From assembly GCA_030695905.1 (NCBI GenBank), contig JAUYOL010000036.1, positions 182,814 through 246,813 on the forward strand: a DNA stretch of 64,000 nucleotides. The letters run 5' to 3'. This document shows, piece after piece, positions 8,392 to 17,890 of this stretch (position 1 is the stretch's first letter; each line of letters starts with the position of its first letter). The notes beneath the pieces were generated by a model, which saw only the letters and a list, made by a program, of their open reading frames with translations, made no database searches and was not told the DNA's origin. Source of the DNA: Candidatus Omnitrophota bacterium. GTDB taxonomy: Bacteria > Omnitrophota > Gorgyraeia > 2-01-FULL-45-10. The translations under genes and the position numbers were made by a program.

Positions 8392-10469
8392 ATGCCTACC
8401 TCCTCTTTCCGGCCAGTTAATCGTAACCAAAATAAAAATATCGCGACTACCACCGTCAATGCCCAGGCCAAGAAAACATATCTAAAATATACGGCAAAAA
8501 TGAACAGGTTGATAAAGTGAAGGCTAAGGCAAACGACGGCTATCATCCTCATATCAGGCGGCATCTTTCTTTTAAGAAAAGCCGCATAAAATACCAGCCC
8601 CAGAAATATCGCACGATACCATGGAGCTATCATGATCTTTAAATGCGCCGCAATCCTTGCGATACTCCCGCCGGATAAATTGAATGCCAATAATTCTTTA
8701 AAGGCGTCCAGATATAGCGACGGCGGCGTAGAAAGAGCCGTCCGGGCAAAAGCCGTGAAGACACAAAACTTGTGCCCGAAAAAATAATTATGTAAAAGCG
8801 TAAATAAGACCGGGGTGAAACCCAGCCACGAAAATAATACTTCTTTAAAGCGTCCGGCCAGCATCAATTTGCCCGCAAAATAACACAGGACTATCAACGC
8901 GGCGATCGAGAACTGGGGGCGCATAAATACCGTTACAAAAAGCAAAAGATGCGCCAGGAACCCGTACCAGTAATACGCGCCATTTCGGATTTTTGCGTAT
9001 CTTAATAAAAGGGTGAGCGCCCCGAGAAAGGCGGTATATGCCAAAGTATCGGGCCATCCTCCCCGCACCACCATCACATAGATATAGTATGTGAAACCAA
9101 GCCTATCTATTGTATGAGACTGCAAAAATACGCCAAATAAAAAAAACATTGTTATCCAGAAAGACCATCTTCTTGATATAAAATTCTCCAGAAATCCGAA
9201 AAGGACATAAGGCAATATTAAAACAACGGCCAGATATCCGAAATTGGTATCGCCAAAAAATAATTTCTCTACCGCTCGAAAATACCGGAATCCGGGCGTA
9301 TTCCAGAAAATATCCTCTCCCCCGCGCAGGGCCTGTTTCCAATTCCCGGATAAAGCGTTGACCAGCACCTGTCTGCCCAGGGTTTCATGGGTTGGGCCGT
9401 CTTCGCCGCCTTCATGAATAAAATACTGCCCGAACAGGTGCGGACAATATATATAAGTTATGGCCGCTGCAATAAGTATTATTGAGCATGCAAGAAGAAA
9501 GCGCTTTCTGTCTATCTTGATCATCAGATTGAGGATGAATAACGCCCCTAAGGCCTCCGGTATCCTTTTTAAAAGAGCTGAAAATTTCAGCATGGGCGAT
9601 AAGACCAGGCTCATGGAAAGAGGAATCTCTTTGTTTTCTTCCGGCGCATGTATAGGCTTTTTGCCGGATAAGAAAAGCCTTATTCTCGATTTTAAATCTT
9701 TAAACCTGCCCCAGAAACCCGGCTGCTCCTTATTATTTATGGCTACCCCGAAAACTTTTTTACCGATATCCAGATCCGCTATCTTTCTACAGCCTCTGGT
9801 CTCGTTGTATATGGCCTCATAATGCCCATCCGCGCCTTCCCATAAGAGATACCCGGTCCAGCATAACGAACTATTAACAGAAGAAGGTGATAACTCATAC
9901 ATTACAAAAAATGGCATGCTATCCCGCCTGATATCGGACGCCCCGAACCAGCCATAGGCGCTATCATTCGCAAAGCCGCCCCTGAATTCTGTAAGATTGT
10001 TAAAGTTTATACTATCGACTATGCGGCTGTATTTCGGCTTTGAGAGGGCCGAATCCGCCGAAAAAACAAAGAGAGATTGAGGCGGCCGGCATTGCCAGCA
10101 TCCGCTGTCGCTGGAAGTCCTTTTATCCAAAGGATACTTTTTTAAGAATTGCTGCTTCATAAAAGCGAAGGCTTCAGGAGGCAGCCCCTTCTCCAGTGTC
10201 TCGTTGTCGCCTTTTGTGAAAAAGATATTGTGCCCTTCCTGGATAGCCGCATGAGGAATAATACCCTTGATAATAAGGACGAAAATGGCTATAAATGAGG
10301 CGACGACCAATCGCTTATAAGAACAGCTGATCTTGCTGTTCACTATAGCTAATCCGGATATAAAAATGACCACGAAGCTGAAAACACTTATAACAGGCAA
10401 TCCGACACAGATCACTATCAGGACAAAACAAGCGATCTTCTTCAAGATTTCGTAAAAATTAAACTCCAT
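8388..10469 (-). CDS. Large polytopic membrane protein, GT-C-like (PMT_2/ArnT-like) glycosyltransferase candidate with an extra N-terminal soluble/periplasmic region
   Basis: 693 aa. N-terminal TM segments, then a ~250 aa hydrophilic region, then 10 or more TM helices. The FWNTPGFRYFRAVEKLFFGD segment resembles the R-x-PGYP loop motif of GT-C family 39/83 transferases. Assignment is tentative. Confidence 0.4.
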   Translation of the reverse strand: MEFNFYEILKKIACFVLIVICVGLPVISVFSFVVIFISGLAIVNSKISCSYKRLVVASFIAIFVLIIKGIIPHAAIQEGHNIFFTKGDNETLEKGLPPEAFAFMKQQFLKKYPLDKRTSSDSGCWQCRPPQSLFVFSADSALSKPKYSRIVDSINFNNLTEFRGGFANDSAYGWFGASDIRRDSMPFFVMYELSPSSVNSSLCWTGYLLWEGADGHYEAIYNETRGCRKIADLDIGKKVFGVAINNKEQPGFWGRFKDLKSRIRLFLSGKKPIHAPEENKEIPLSMSLVLSPMLKFSALLKRIPEALGALFILNLMIKIDRKRFLLACSIILIAAAITYIYCPHLFGQYFIHEGGEDGPTHETLGRQVLVNALSGNWKQALRGGEDIFWNTPGFRYFRAVEKLFFGDTNFGYLAVVLILPYVLFGFLENFISRRWSFWITMFFLFGVFLQSHTIDRLGFTYYIYVMVVRGGWPDTLAYTAFLGALTLLLRYAKIRNGAYYWYGFLAHLLLFVTVFMRPQFSIAALIVLCYFAGKLMLAGRFKEVLFSWLGFTPVLFTLLHNYFFGHKFCVFTAFARTALSTPPSLYLDAFKELLAFNLSGGSIARIAAHLKIMIAPWYRAIFLGLVFYAAFLKRKMPPDMRMIAVVCLSLHFINLFIFAVYFRYVFLAWALTVVVAIFLFWLRLTGRKEEVGI

Positions 10470-10472
10470 CTA

Positions 10473-11819
10473 CTAATCTCCTACTATCCTCGGTGATGGC
10501 AGCGGTACTATGTACCTTCCCTTAAATCCTTTTTCTCTCAACTTGGGCATTAATTCATCGGCTATGTGCCACGAGAGCAAAAGCGCATATTCCGGCTGGT
10601 ACTTGAAAAGCAACGATTCTTCCAATATTGGTATAAGTGTCCCGGGCATATATTTGCCGATCTTGTATGAACCCTTGATCTCCAAAACGCAATCCAGTAT
10701 ACCGTCATCGATCCCGGTATAATTTATAAGCGTGCTTGCTCTTGAGGGCGCGCTTATACCATATATCCTTCCGCCATTCTTTTTAATGTCTTTTAATAAA
10801 GAGCTTAACTCCAGTTTGGACAATACGACCTTGTCCTTGAACTTCATCAGGCTTTCTTTGCTAAGAACAACCGGGGCCTCTTCCTTCAGGAGCGCGACAA
10901 CCGTATCCCTCACCTTATATTGCCCCTTCCTTGCCGCATATACTCTTATTGAACCTCCGTGAGTAGGGATGCGCTTGGCATGGAATATCTCCAGGCCGTG
11001 CGCCTTAAGAAGATACTGCAGGCTATGCAGCGAATAATAGCGCAGGTGTTCATGGTAGATAGTATCATATTGCAGCGTTTCGATAAGAGGCAAAAGATAG
11101 TGTGACTCTGAAATAAATACGCCGTTTTTTGACAATAACCGGAGGATGCATTCTACTATTTCATTGATATCTTCAATATGGGCAAAGACGTTGGTTGCCG
11201 TAATAACCTTTGCCTGGCCGCTCTTTGTCAAAATATTCTCTACAACATCTTTTGTAAAGTAATCGATGACGGTAGGTATGCCCCGCTTGATCGCGATCTT
11301 GCCGATATCTTCCGGTGTAATGCCGAGAACGTTATGGAGGCCCTTGAAGTTGCTTAAAAGGTTTCCGTCGTTTGAGCCGATATCCACGACCAGGTCGCTT
11401 GATTTCAGGTCTATCAGGCCAATGCATTCTTTGTAAAGTTCGGCAAAGTTTTCTCTCAATATTTTGGTCGTGCTACTGGTATAAGGGTATTCCGAAGGAA
11501 ACAATATACCGGCGTCAACGATGAGGCCGAGCTGTACCAGGCGGCATTTAGCGCAATATAATAACTGAGCAGGGTAACTATTTTCTTCCTTTGGCATTTC
11601 ACCGATCTTGTGCATCTTATTTACCGGAGGCAGATACCCTAGAAAAAGAATCGGTTCCAGTTTAGGGTTGTCACATATCTGACAACGTTCGACAACAACG
11701 CTTGAGCCTGTCTTGAAAGTAAGATTAGCGGTATTATTCAAGTGTGTCCCCCTTATATTGTTTATCGTACCATACGGCCGTAAGATCCAACCCCTTGGCA
11801 AAAAAGGTTTTTGGCACAT
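10473..11819 (-). CDS. Second Zn-ribbon C-methyltransferase-family protein (paralog of 6392..7636)
   Basis: CQICDNP…CAKC ribbon, methyltransferase core (VVDIGSNDGNLLSNF), and a C-terminal C-methyltransferase domain. Same architecture as 6392..7636. The start is uncertain: the ORF overlaps the upstream gene by ~86 nt and has no internal alternative start before the ribbon. Confidence 0.7.
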   Translation of the reverse strand: MCQKPFLPRGWILRPYGTINNIRGTHLNNTANLTFKTGSSVVVERCQICDNPKLEPILFLGYLPPVNKMHKIGEMPKEENSYPAQLLYCAKCRLVQLGLIVDAGILFPSEYPYTSSTTKILRENFAELYKECIGLIDLKSSDLVVDIGSNDGNLLSNFKGLHNVLGITPEDIGKIAIKRGIPTVIDYFTKDVVENILTKSGQAKVITATNVFAHIEDINEIVECILRLLSKNGVFISESHYLLPLIETLQYDTIYHEHLRYYSLHSLQYLLKAHGLEIFHAKRIPTHGGSIRVYAARKGQYKVRDTVVALLKEEAPVVLSKESLMKFKDKVVLSKLELSSLLKDIKKNGGRIYGISAPSRASTLINYTGIDDGILDCVLEIKGSYKIGKYMPGTLIPILEESLLFKYQPEYALLLSWHIADELMPKLREKGFKGRYIVPLPSPRIVGD

Positions 11820-12708
11820 ACCCCAGTTTCTTTAATTTCGAAATATCGGGGCAGCGGTGCAACGTTCCCCCTTCAGCCGGCTTGCCCGGCCTGACGATGA
11901 TCTTCCTGTTAAAATACCTTCCCACTTCCGCGGCTAATTTTTTAATCGTCACCTCTTCCATGGTCCCGATGTTGTAGATGCCCAGATGTTCTCCCTTTTT
12001 AATAACCATCATGAGCCCGTCAATAAAATCGTCTATAAAAACAAATGATCGTGTCTCTTGGCCGGTCCCCTGTATGGGGAACTGTATCTGTTTCGAACTG
12101 TTTTTTCCGCAAAGCTCTTTCATCCTGAGAATAAACTGCGGGATGACATGTTCTTTGCCCATATCGGGCCCATATACATTATGCGGCCTGAATATAATTA
12201 CCCTGTCAAAATGCTTCCGTCCGTAATTTATAGCCATGAGCTCGCTGATTATCTTGCCTCCGCCGTAAGAATAGCGCGGGTTAAGCGGATCGGGAATACT
12301 CAGCGGCACCTTTTCGTCAGTGGGGATATTCGGCGGCGTCTGATATACTTCCGAACTGGAGGCTACTATTAATTCACGCACGCCCTCTTTGATACATGCG
12401 TCTATAATATTGACTATGCCTTTCACTCCGATCTCAAGTACCAGTTCCGGTTTGGTATAGAAAAATTCCGTGCCATTCAAATATGCAAGATGGCATACGG
12501 CATCCACTCCCTTACATGCTTCTTGAACAGCTTTTGGTTCACGTATATCTGCCTTGATCACCTCTATTTGAGACGATATATTCTTGAGCCTGTCGAATCC
12601 TCCCCTGGAACCGTTATCTAAAACCCTTACCCGGCACCCGTCTTTTAAAAGACTGCGCACGAGGGCACTGCCTATAAAACCCGTTCCGCCGGTTACCAGA
12701 TATTTCAT
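11734..12708 (-). CDS. NAD-dependent NDP-sugar epimerase/dehydratase (extended SDR). Candidate 4,6-dehydratase or 4-reductase of the CDP-sugar branch
   Basis: MKYLVTGGTGFIGSALVRSLL Rossmann motif, SxnYxxxK-type catalytic region (YSYGGGK), 324 aa. Confidence 0.8.
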   Translation of the reverse strand: MKYLVTGGTGFIGSALVRSLLKDGCRVRVLDNGSRGGFDRLKNISSQIEVIKADIREPKAVQEACKGVDAVCHLAYLNGTEFFYTKPELVLEIGVKGIVNIIDACIKEGVRELIVASSSEVYQTPPNIPTDEKVPLSIPDPLNPRYSYGGGKIISELMAINYGRKHFDRVIIFRPHNVYGPDMGKEHVIPQFILRMKELCGKNSSKQIQFPIQGTGQETRSFVFIDDFIDGLMMVIKKGEHLGIYNIGTMEEVTIKKLAAEVGRYFNRKIIVRPGKPAEGGTLHRCPDISKLKKLGYVPKTFFAKGLDLTAVWYDKQYKGDTLE

Positions 12709-12709
12709 C

Positions 12710-13777
12710 TTAAGCCTTCCTTATAAACATCTTCGTTAATTGTGCCGCATTAAAAAGGATGTTAGTCGTAATGGCGCATTCGTAGGTGCAATAGCACTTG
12801 GTATCCTTGATAAAGCTCCTGAGCTTTGCCGCCCGGGCAGAACGCCATAGTTTTTTAAAATCATAATCTGCGTCTTTTATATTGCCGATCTTCTTGTCAA
12901 GCATTTCGCAGGGGTATAGGTCTCCGGTCTGGGTCATGACACAGCTGATATTTCCTGCTCGGCAGGGGATCACGAATCTATCCTCTTTAAATACGGTGGA
13001 TATGACCTGTTTCTGCAGCAGTTCTCTGCGCTTGATAAAGGTTTTGCCCAGCAAATTAAAATGCCCGAGATCTCCCGTGGCCCATCCTTCTTTCTGGATC
13101 TTTATGAACTCGAAATAATGCTTCAGGTCCACTTCGCCCAGGTCGGTGGAGCGCGGTTTACCTCTTATAAGATTGATCGAAATAGTGTCCGGTTTAACCT
13201 CGCTCCTCAGGAACAACGCTAAGGCCCCCATCTCCTTTTGATTTTCTGCGCTGCAGGTAGTAATGGTCGCTACATTCAGATTCTTAAAGTCTTTTTTGAG
13301 CTTCTTAAGCTCCCGTACCGTGCCCAGGGCCTTTTCAAACCCGCCCTGAAGGCCCCTGATCCGGTCATGAGTCTCCTTCATACCGTCCAGTGAGACGTAT
13401 AGTATTACGCGTGAGCCTTTGCATGCCTTGCATATATCGGAAACCGAACGAATGACATGATCCTGCAAAATGCCGTTTGTACATATGGTCAGGAGGTTGA
13501 ATCTGTTGTTATCATAAAAGATCCTGGCGATCTGGGCGATATCCTCTCTTAAAAAAGGCTCGCCACCGGTCAGGGAGAGCCAGAGCAGTTCACCCATTCC
13601 CTGCGAGAGCTTCTCTATCTCTTTTAAGGATAATTCGTCTTTCGGGCCGTGCAGGTTCTCGAGGTAAAAGCAGTGCCTGCACCTGAGGTTGCATCTGGAA
13701 GTAATGAAAAAAATGAACTGGAGCGGGTCACCTTTAGAGAAAAATATTCTTGGCAGAAATTTGAGCAGATTAGCCAT
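12710..13777 (-). CDS. Radical SAM protein with C-terminal SPASM/twitch-like Cys-rich domain
   Basis: N-terminal CNLRCRHC (CxxxCxxC), plus a C-terminal cluster PCRAGNISC…C…CYCTYEC. 355 aa. Confidence 0.8.
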   Translation of the reverse strand: MANLLKFLPRIFFSKGDPLQFIFFITSRCNLRCRHCFYLENLHGPKDELSLKEIEKLSQGMGELLWLSLTGGEPFLREDIAQIARIFYDNNRFNLLTICTNGILQDHVIRSVSDICKACKGSRVILYVSLDGMKETHDRIRGLQGGFEKALGTVRELKKLKKDFKNLNVATITTCSAENQKEMGALALFLRSEVKPDTISINLIRGKPRSTDLGEVDLKHYFEFIKIQKEGWATGDLGHFNLLGKTFIKRRELLQKQVISTVFKEDRFVIPCRAGNISCVMTQTGDLYPCEMLDKKIGNIKDADYDFKKLWRSARAAKLRSFIKDTKCYCTYECAITTNILFNAAQLTKMFIRKA

Positions 13778-14735
13778 GAGTACCCCTTTTCAGGATGCCG
13801 TAAGACAGCCCGGCAAGGAAAACCGGATAGATCTCGAACAGGACAACGTAAGACCTTAAGCCAAAAAGAAGGCCCCTGGCTTTGACCAGATACGATAAAA
13901 AAGGCGCTATCGAAATATTGTATACACCAAAAAACAGCAAAAAAGGGACGAATGTGATCTTGAGCAGGCTGATGGAAAATAAAAGACAAAGGCCCGATAA
14001 TGCCGCTATCTTAATCGAAAGGGGCCACGCATTATCCTTTACCTTTCCTGAAAAACCTTCGCGTTTTACGTAAAGCCCCACTTCGGCGCTTTTCTTAAGA
14101 TAGTCTTTTATCAGGCCTAGATGATTATAATATTTCAGATGCGTTACCCTGAGCTTAGGGTCAATTTTACAATGGTAGCCCCCCTTGGCAAGCCTTTTGC
14201 CGAGCTCAATATCTTCGTAATAAGACATCTCTTCGTTATATTCCCCGATAGCCTCAAAAACGCTCTTTTTTATGGCAAAGAAAAAAGAACAGGTGATGTC
14301 CGTAGGGCTGGACAATCTTTCATATCTGTACACTATGAATAAGTTTTGGAACTGGCTGAAAAAACCGGGCTGAGGGGTATCTTCTGCATATATACCGAAA
14401 ACCGAGTCCGTACCAGGCGCGGATATCGCATTAATAATTTCCTCCACTGAGTCCGGATTAAGCATGACATCCGCATCAACAAATACAAGGATATCTCCGG
14501 AAGCATTTTTTGCCCCGTAGTTCCTTACCTTGGCCGGAGAAATACGCTTTCCGGTCTTGATTATCTTAAACGGATAACTTTGCGCTTTTTGAACAGTGTC
14601 ATCCGTAGAGCAATCGTCTACCAGTAGAACCTCGAGATCCCCGGCCGTCTGTCTTGATACAGCCGACAGACAGCTCTCGATGCAGCCGGAGGCATTATAC
14701 ATCGGTATAATTACAGATACTTTTTTACCTGACAT
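13770..14735 (-). CDS. Family 2 glycosyltransferase with C-terminal membrane anchor
   Basis: VSVIIPMYNASGCIESCLSAVSRQT…LLVDDCSTD…FVDADV is GT-A/GT2 (DxD). The C-terminal ~90 aa are hydrophobic. Confidence 0.8.
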   Translation of the reverse strand: MSGKKVSVIIPMYNASGCIESCLSAVSRQTAGDLEVLLVDDCSTDDTVQKAQSYPFKIIKTGKRISPAKVRNYGAKNASGDILVFVDADVMLNPDSVEEIINAISAPGTDSVFGIYAEDTPQPGFFSQFQNLFIVYRYERLSSPTDITCSFFFAIKKSVFEAIGEYNEEMSYYEDIELGKRLAKGGYHCKIDPKLRVTHLKYYNHLGLIKDYLKKSAEVGLYVKREGFSGKVKDNAWPLSIKIAALSGLCLLFSISLLKITFVPFLLFFGVYNISIAPFLSYLVKARGLLFGLRSYVVLFEIYPVFLAGLSYGILKRGTHG

Positions 14736-14740
14736 GATTA

Positions 14741-15514
14741 TTACCCTTTTAACTTAACAGCTGCCGGAACTTTTCTAAGATACGTGGTGATAAACCCGTA
14801 AAAATACCAGCGCAAATAATATGGAAGCCACTTAAACAGGCGAAAATGGCTCTTCCCCTTTTCACGCTGATACCAGGAAGACGGCACTTCGGCGATCTTC
14901 CAGCACAAACGGTGGCATTTAACTAAAAACTCCAGCGAATATGTAAAACCCTGGCTCGACTCGATCGGGACAGTATCGAGAATCCTTCTGGAGAATAACC
15001 TGAAACCGTTGCTGGCATCTTTTATCGGAATGCTTGCCAGCCAATAAAGCGTAAATGAAGCGGAGCGTACCAGGAATGATTTTAGCCAGGGGCAGCCTTT
15101 CATACAGCCGCCTTTCATGAAACGGCTGGCGGCAACAATATCATTTCCCTCTTTGAATTTTTCGTACATCCTGTCTATTATCCTGGTATTATCGTTATCG
15201 TCCGCCGGGAATACCAATACTGCCGGCGCGTCGCTGGCATTGAATCCCGCGATAACCGCGTTATGCACTCCTCCGGCGTTATTCTTAACGAATATCACCT
15301 TATATGGCAGCTCCCTGGCGGCATCTTTAGCCACGGGCAGCGTATTATCATCATCGCGATCGTAACAAATCAAAACGCGGAAAGGCGTGGAAACATCTTT
15401 TTTAAGCAGCCTAAAGACTGTCGCAATATTTTCGCCTTCGTTATAAACAGGAATGACTATATCTAATCTATCCATTAGAAGTTTTTTAACAATCCTCGCT
15501 CTATTTTTTTCCAT
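14741..15514 (-). CDS. GT2 polyprenyl-phosphate sugar transferase-like (ArnC/DPM1-like)
   Basis: DIVIPVYNEGENIATV…ICYDRDDDNT…VFPADD is a GT2 fold. Size and motif layout match ArnC / dolichyl-phosphate-sugar synthase-like enzymes. Confidence 0.7.
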   Translation of the reverse strand: MEKNRARIVKKLLMDRLDIVIPVYNEGENIATVFRLLKKDVSTPFRVLICYDRDDDNTLPVAKDAARELPYKVIFVKNNAGGVHNAVIAGFNASDAPAVLVFPADDNDNTRIIDRMYEKFKEGNDIVAASRFMKGGCMKGCPWLKSFLVRSASFTLYWLASIPIKDASNGFRLFSRRILDTVPIESSQGFTYSLEFLVKCHRLCWKIAEVPSSWYQREKGKSHFRLFKWLPYYLRWYFYGFITTYLRKVPAAVKLKG

Positions 15515-16254
15515 TGTCCATAATTTAAAGAAGCGTCCTTTGCAAGATCAAGGCCTATGCTTTTAGATATATCGGTACCCCTGCATGGCCGTAAAGAGGG
15601 CTTGAATTCCTTATACCTCTGGTAATCAGATTGCCTTTGACTGCCGATATTTATTGTGCCGATAAATTTACTTTCAAGCAATACCATAATCGCCCTGGCC
15701 AGATAGTCTATTGTGACTTTGGATGAATACAGGTCTGTAGCGGAACGGTCAAAGCTAATCTTGCCCGGATTAAAAAAACTGGTACGTATAATACAGAAAT
15801 TTTTGAGCAAATGCACGGCACACTCGGCGCCAAGCTTCGTCCATCCATAAATATTATATGGAATGGTTTCGTCTTTTTCGGAATAATTACCTTTTGTGCC
15901 GGGATATACCCCATCGGTAGAGATCTGTATAAATCTAAAGGGCCTCTTCAATCGCGTCTCCTCGCTTATTACCGCCATCACAAGATTGGCCGTCCCCTTT
16001 ATATTTGTTTCAATGGCCGCTATCGGATGCTTTTCACATTCGGTCATGCGCGCGAGAGCGGCGCAATGTATGATAGCGTCGAACTTGTGTTTATTAAAAT
16101 ATCCTTCGACTGAAGAATATCTCGTTATATCTAAAAGATCCTTCCCGGGAGTCAAAAAATATCCGCGGACACCTTCTTTTAATATAGCCGTGCCCAGCTG
16201 GCCGTAGGCCCCTGTTAGAAGCACCTTCTTATACTTTTGCATTTTTTCTTTCAA
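15475..16254 (-). CDS. RmlD-like NDP-4-keto-sugar reductase (SDR, RmlD substrate-binding-domain type)
   Basis: KVLLTGAYGQLGTAI, catalytic YGWTKLGAE, 259 aa, matching the dTDP-4-dehydrorhamnose reductase family. Confidence 0.65.
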   Translation of the reverse strand: MKEKMQKYKKVLLTGAYGQLGTAILKEGVRGYFLTPGKDLLDITRYSSVEGYFNKHKFDAIIHCAALARMTECEKHPIAAIETNIKGTANLVMAVISEETRLKRPFRFIQISTDGVYPGTKGNYSEKDETIPYNIYGWTKLGAECAVHLLKNFCIIRTSFFNPGKISFDRSATDLYSSKVTIDYLARAIMVLLESKFIGTINIGSQRQSDYQRYKEFKPSLRPCRGTDISKSIGLDLAKDASLNYGQWKKIERGLLKNF

Positions 16255-17443
16255 TTATTCCCCATAAATCGATAACATCTACTTTTTCCGGAATATGTAT
16301 TTTTTTATAGGCGGAATGAGGAGCCCCGACTATTATCACATCGCAGGATTTTAACAGCTTTTCTTTCGTAACAAAATCCGAATTTTTAGCATATTCATCG
16401 GAATAGTAGACCGTCGCTCCGTGAAACCTTAAGATCTTACCGAGTTTATACGAAAGTGAATCTCTTATATCATCAGTATCGGCCTTGAAGGCCATCCCGA
16501 GTATGCCTATCATGGTTTTATGCAGGTCGCGCTTTTCCCTTAATTTCTCCACCAAGAAATTAGGCAGGCCCTCATTGATCATCATCGCCGCATGGCCTAA
16601 AATAAAATTATTGCTGCTGAATGCGGCCAGCTGCATCGTATCTTTCAGAAGGCAAGGGCCTGCAGCAAAACCTGCTGTCGGCAAGGTCGCCATCCTGCCA
16701 TACCCTTCGGTCATCGCTTTGCGCACATTGTTATAGTCAACCCCGAAATTCCTGGTGATCATATAGAATTGATTGGTCATGGCAAATTGCATGTATCTCC
16801 AGGAATTAGTAAACAGCTTGACCAGCTCCGCCTCTCCCATAGAGGTCTTAATGATCTTGGGCGAAATAACGCCGAACAGTCTCGCGGCCTCATCAACCGC
16901 TTCATCGCTCATGCCGGCAACTATCTGGGGCAATTCATTCAATTCTTTAACGGCATATCCCTGGACTATCCGCTCCGGACAATACGCTATGCGCCATCCG
17001 GCATTCCGGCCCAATATCTTTAAGACCTGCTGGCAGGTGTGAGGATAGACCGTACTGCGAATGATAATGACCTGTCTTTTGTTCAGATATCTCTTTAATT
17101 TAAGAAAAAGCTCCAGAAAGGCGCGTGTCTTCGGGGTGAGGTGTTCGTCTACGGGCGTCCCTATAGCTATGATGACATACCTTCCTTTTGAAACGACCTT
17201 TTCATCCAACGATACTTTAAGTTTCTCATTTTTCAGAACTTCTCTTAATATCGGTTCGGCGCCATGCTCCATAAAGGGCATGATGCCTTTTTTTACCATG
17301 CCTGCCTTGGCCGGGTCGATATCGCACAGGCACGTCCTAAGGCCCTTGTTGGCCAGCACCAGGCCAAGGGGTAATCCGACATGCCCCAGGCCGCCTATGA
17401 TCACCACATCGAAAGAAAAGCGCTCATTATCCTTCTTTTTCAT
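16229..17443 (-). CDS. Nucleotide-sugar dehydrogenase (UDP-glucose/GDP-mannose dehydrogenase family; possibly UDP-ManNAc/GlcNAc dehydrogenase)
   Basis: N-terminal VVIIGGLGHVGLPLGLVLA NAD-binding motif, a central dimerisation helix, and a C-terminal UDP-binding domain (…GILGMAFKADTDDIRDS…). 404 aa. Confidence 0.8.
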   Translation of the reverse strand: MKKKDNERFSFDVVIIGGLGHVGLPLGLVLANKGLRTCLCDIDPAKAGMVKKGIMPFMEHGAEPILREVLKNEKLKVSLDEKVVSKGRYVIIAIGTPVDEHLTPKTRAFLELFLKLKRYLNKRQVIIIRSTVYPHTCQQVLKILGRNAGWRIAYCPERIVQGYAVKELNELPQIVAGMSDEAVDEAARLFGVISPKIIKTSMGEAELVKLFTNSWRYMQFAMTNQFYMITRNFGVDYNNVRKAMTEGYGRMATLPTAGFAAGPCLLKDTMQLAAFSSNNFILGHAAMMINEGLPNFLVEKLREKRDLHKTMIGILGMAFKADTDDIRDSLSYKLGKILRFHGATVYYSDEYAKNSDFVTKEKLLKSCDVIIVGAPHSAYKKIHIPEKVDVIDLWGIIERKNAKV

Positions 17444-17798
17444 CTAAAGAGTCTCCTTTTAGTACGCTACTATTGCCATTGGCGTTAAGACTTTCCCACT
17501 CCTGTCTTATCTTGTTATACTCTTCTTCCTTGATCTTCAAAAAAAGGTGCATAAGCCGTATCCTCTCTTCCAGGCCTTTTTTGGTAAGGCTATACTGGAT
17601 CTTACTGATCTTCCCTGGGTTTTCGGAAAAACTTTTATATTTGACTATGCCCTTTTCGATGAGGGCATTGAGCAGATAATTCGTCTTACCGAGAGATATT
17701 CCAAGCTTATCTGAAATATTCCTCTGGGTAATGGCTGAATTACTGTCTATTTCCTTGATTATATGCAGAATTTCTTCTTTTGGGGGATGTTCATTCAT
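17427..17798 (-). CDS. MarR-family EPS-associated winged-helix transcriptional regulator
   Basis: 123 aa with the HTH segment ITQRNISDKLGISLGKTNYLLNALIEKGIV. The size, sequence pattern and location inside a polysaccharide locus match the MarR_EPS-type regulators. A near-palindrome TTGATATAATCAA lies in its upstream region at ~17840. Confidence 0.6.
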   Translation of the reverse strand: MNEHPPKEEILHIIKEIDSNSAITQRNISDKLGISLGKTNYLLNALIEKGIVKYKSFSENPGKISKIQYSLTKKGLEERIRLMHLFLKIKEEEYNKIRQEWESLNANGNSSVLKGDSLDEKEG

Positions 17799-17890
17799 TG
17801 AACAAAAATTCTACCAGAAGGACTTGATATAATCAACAAAAATCGCTTGTGGCGTTGGTGTCCAGAAGCATCTTTTACTGCTGTATTCAC

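Noticed and set aside
8845-9342. Small minus-strand ORFs nested within the 693-aa membrane-protein gene
   Set aside because: Alternative-frame ORFs inside a longer, better-supported coding frame.
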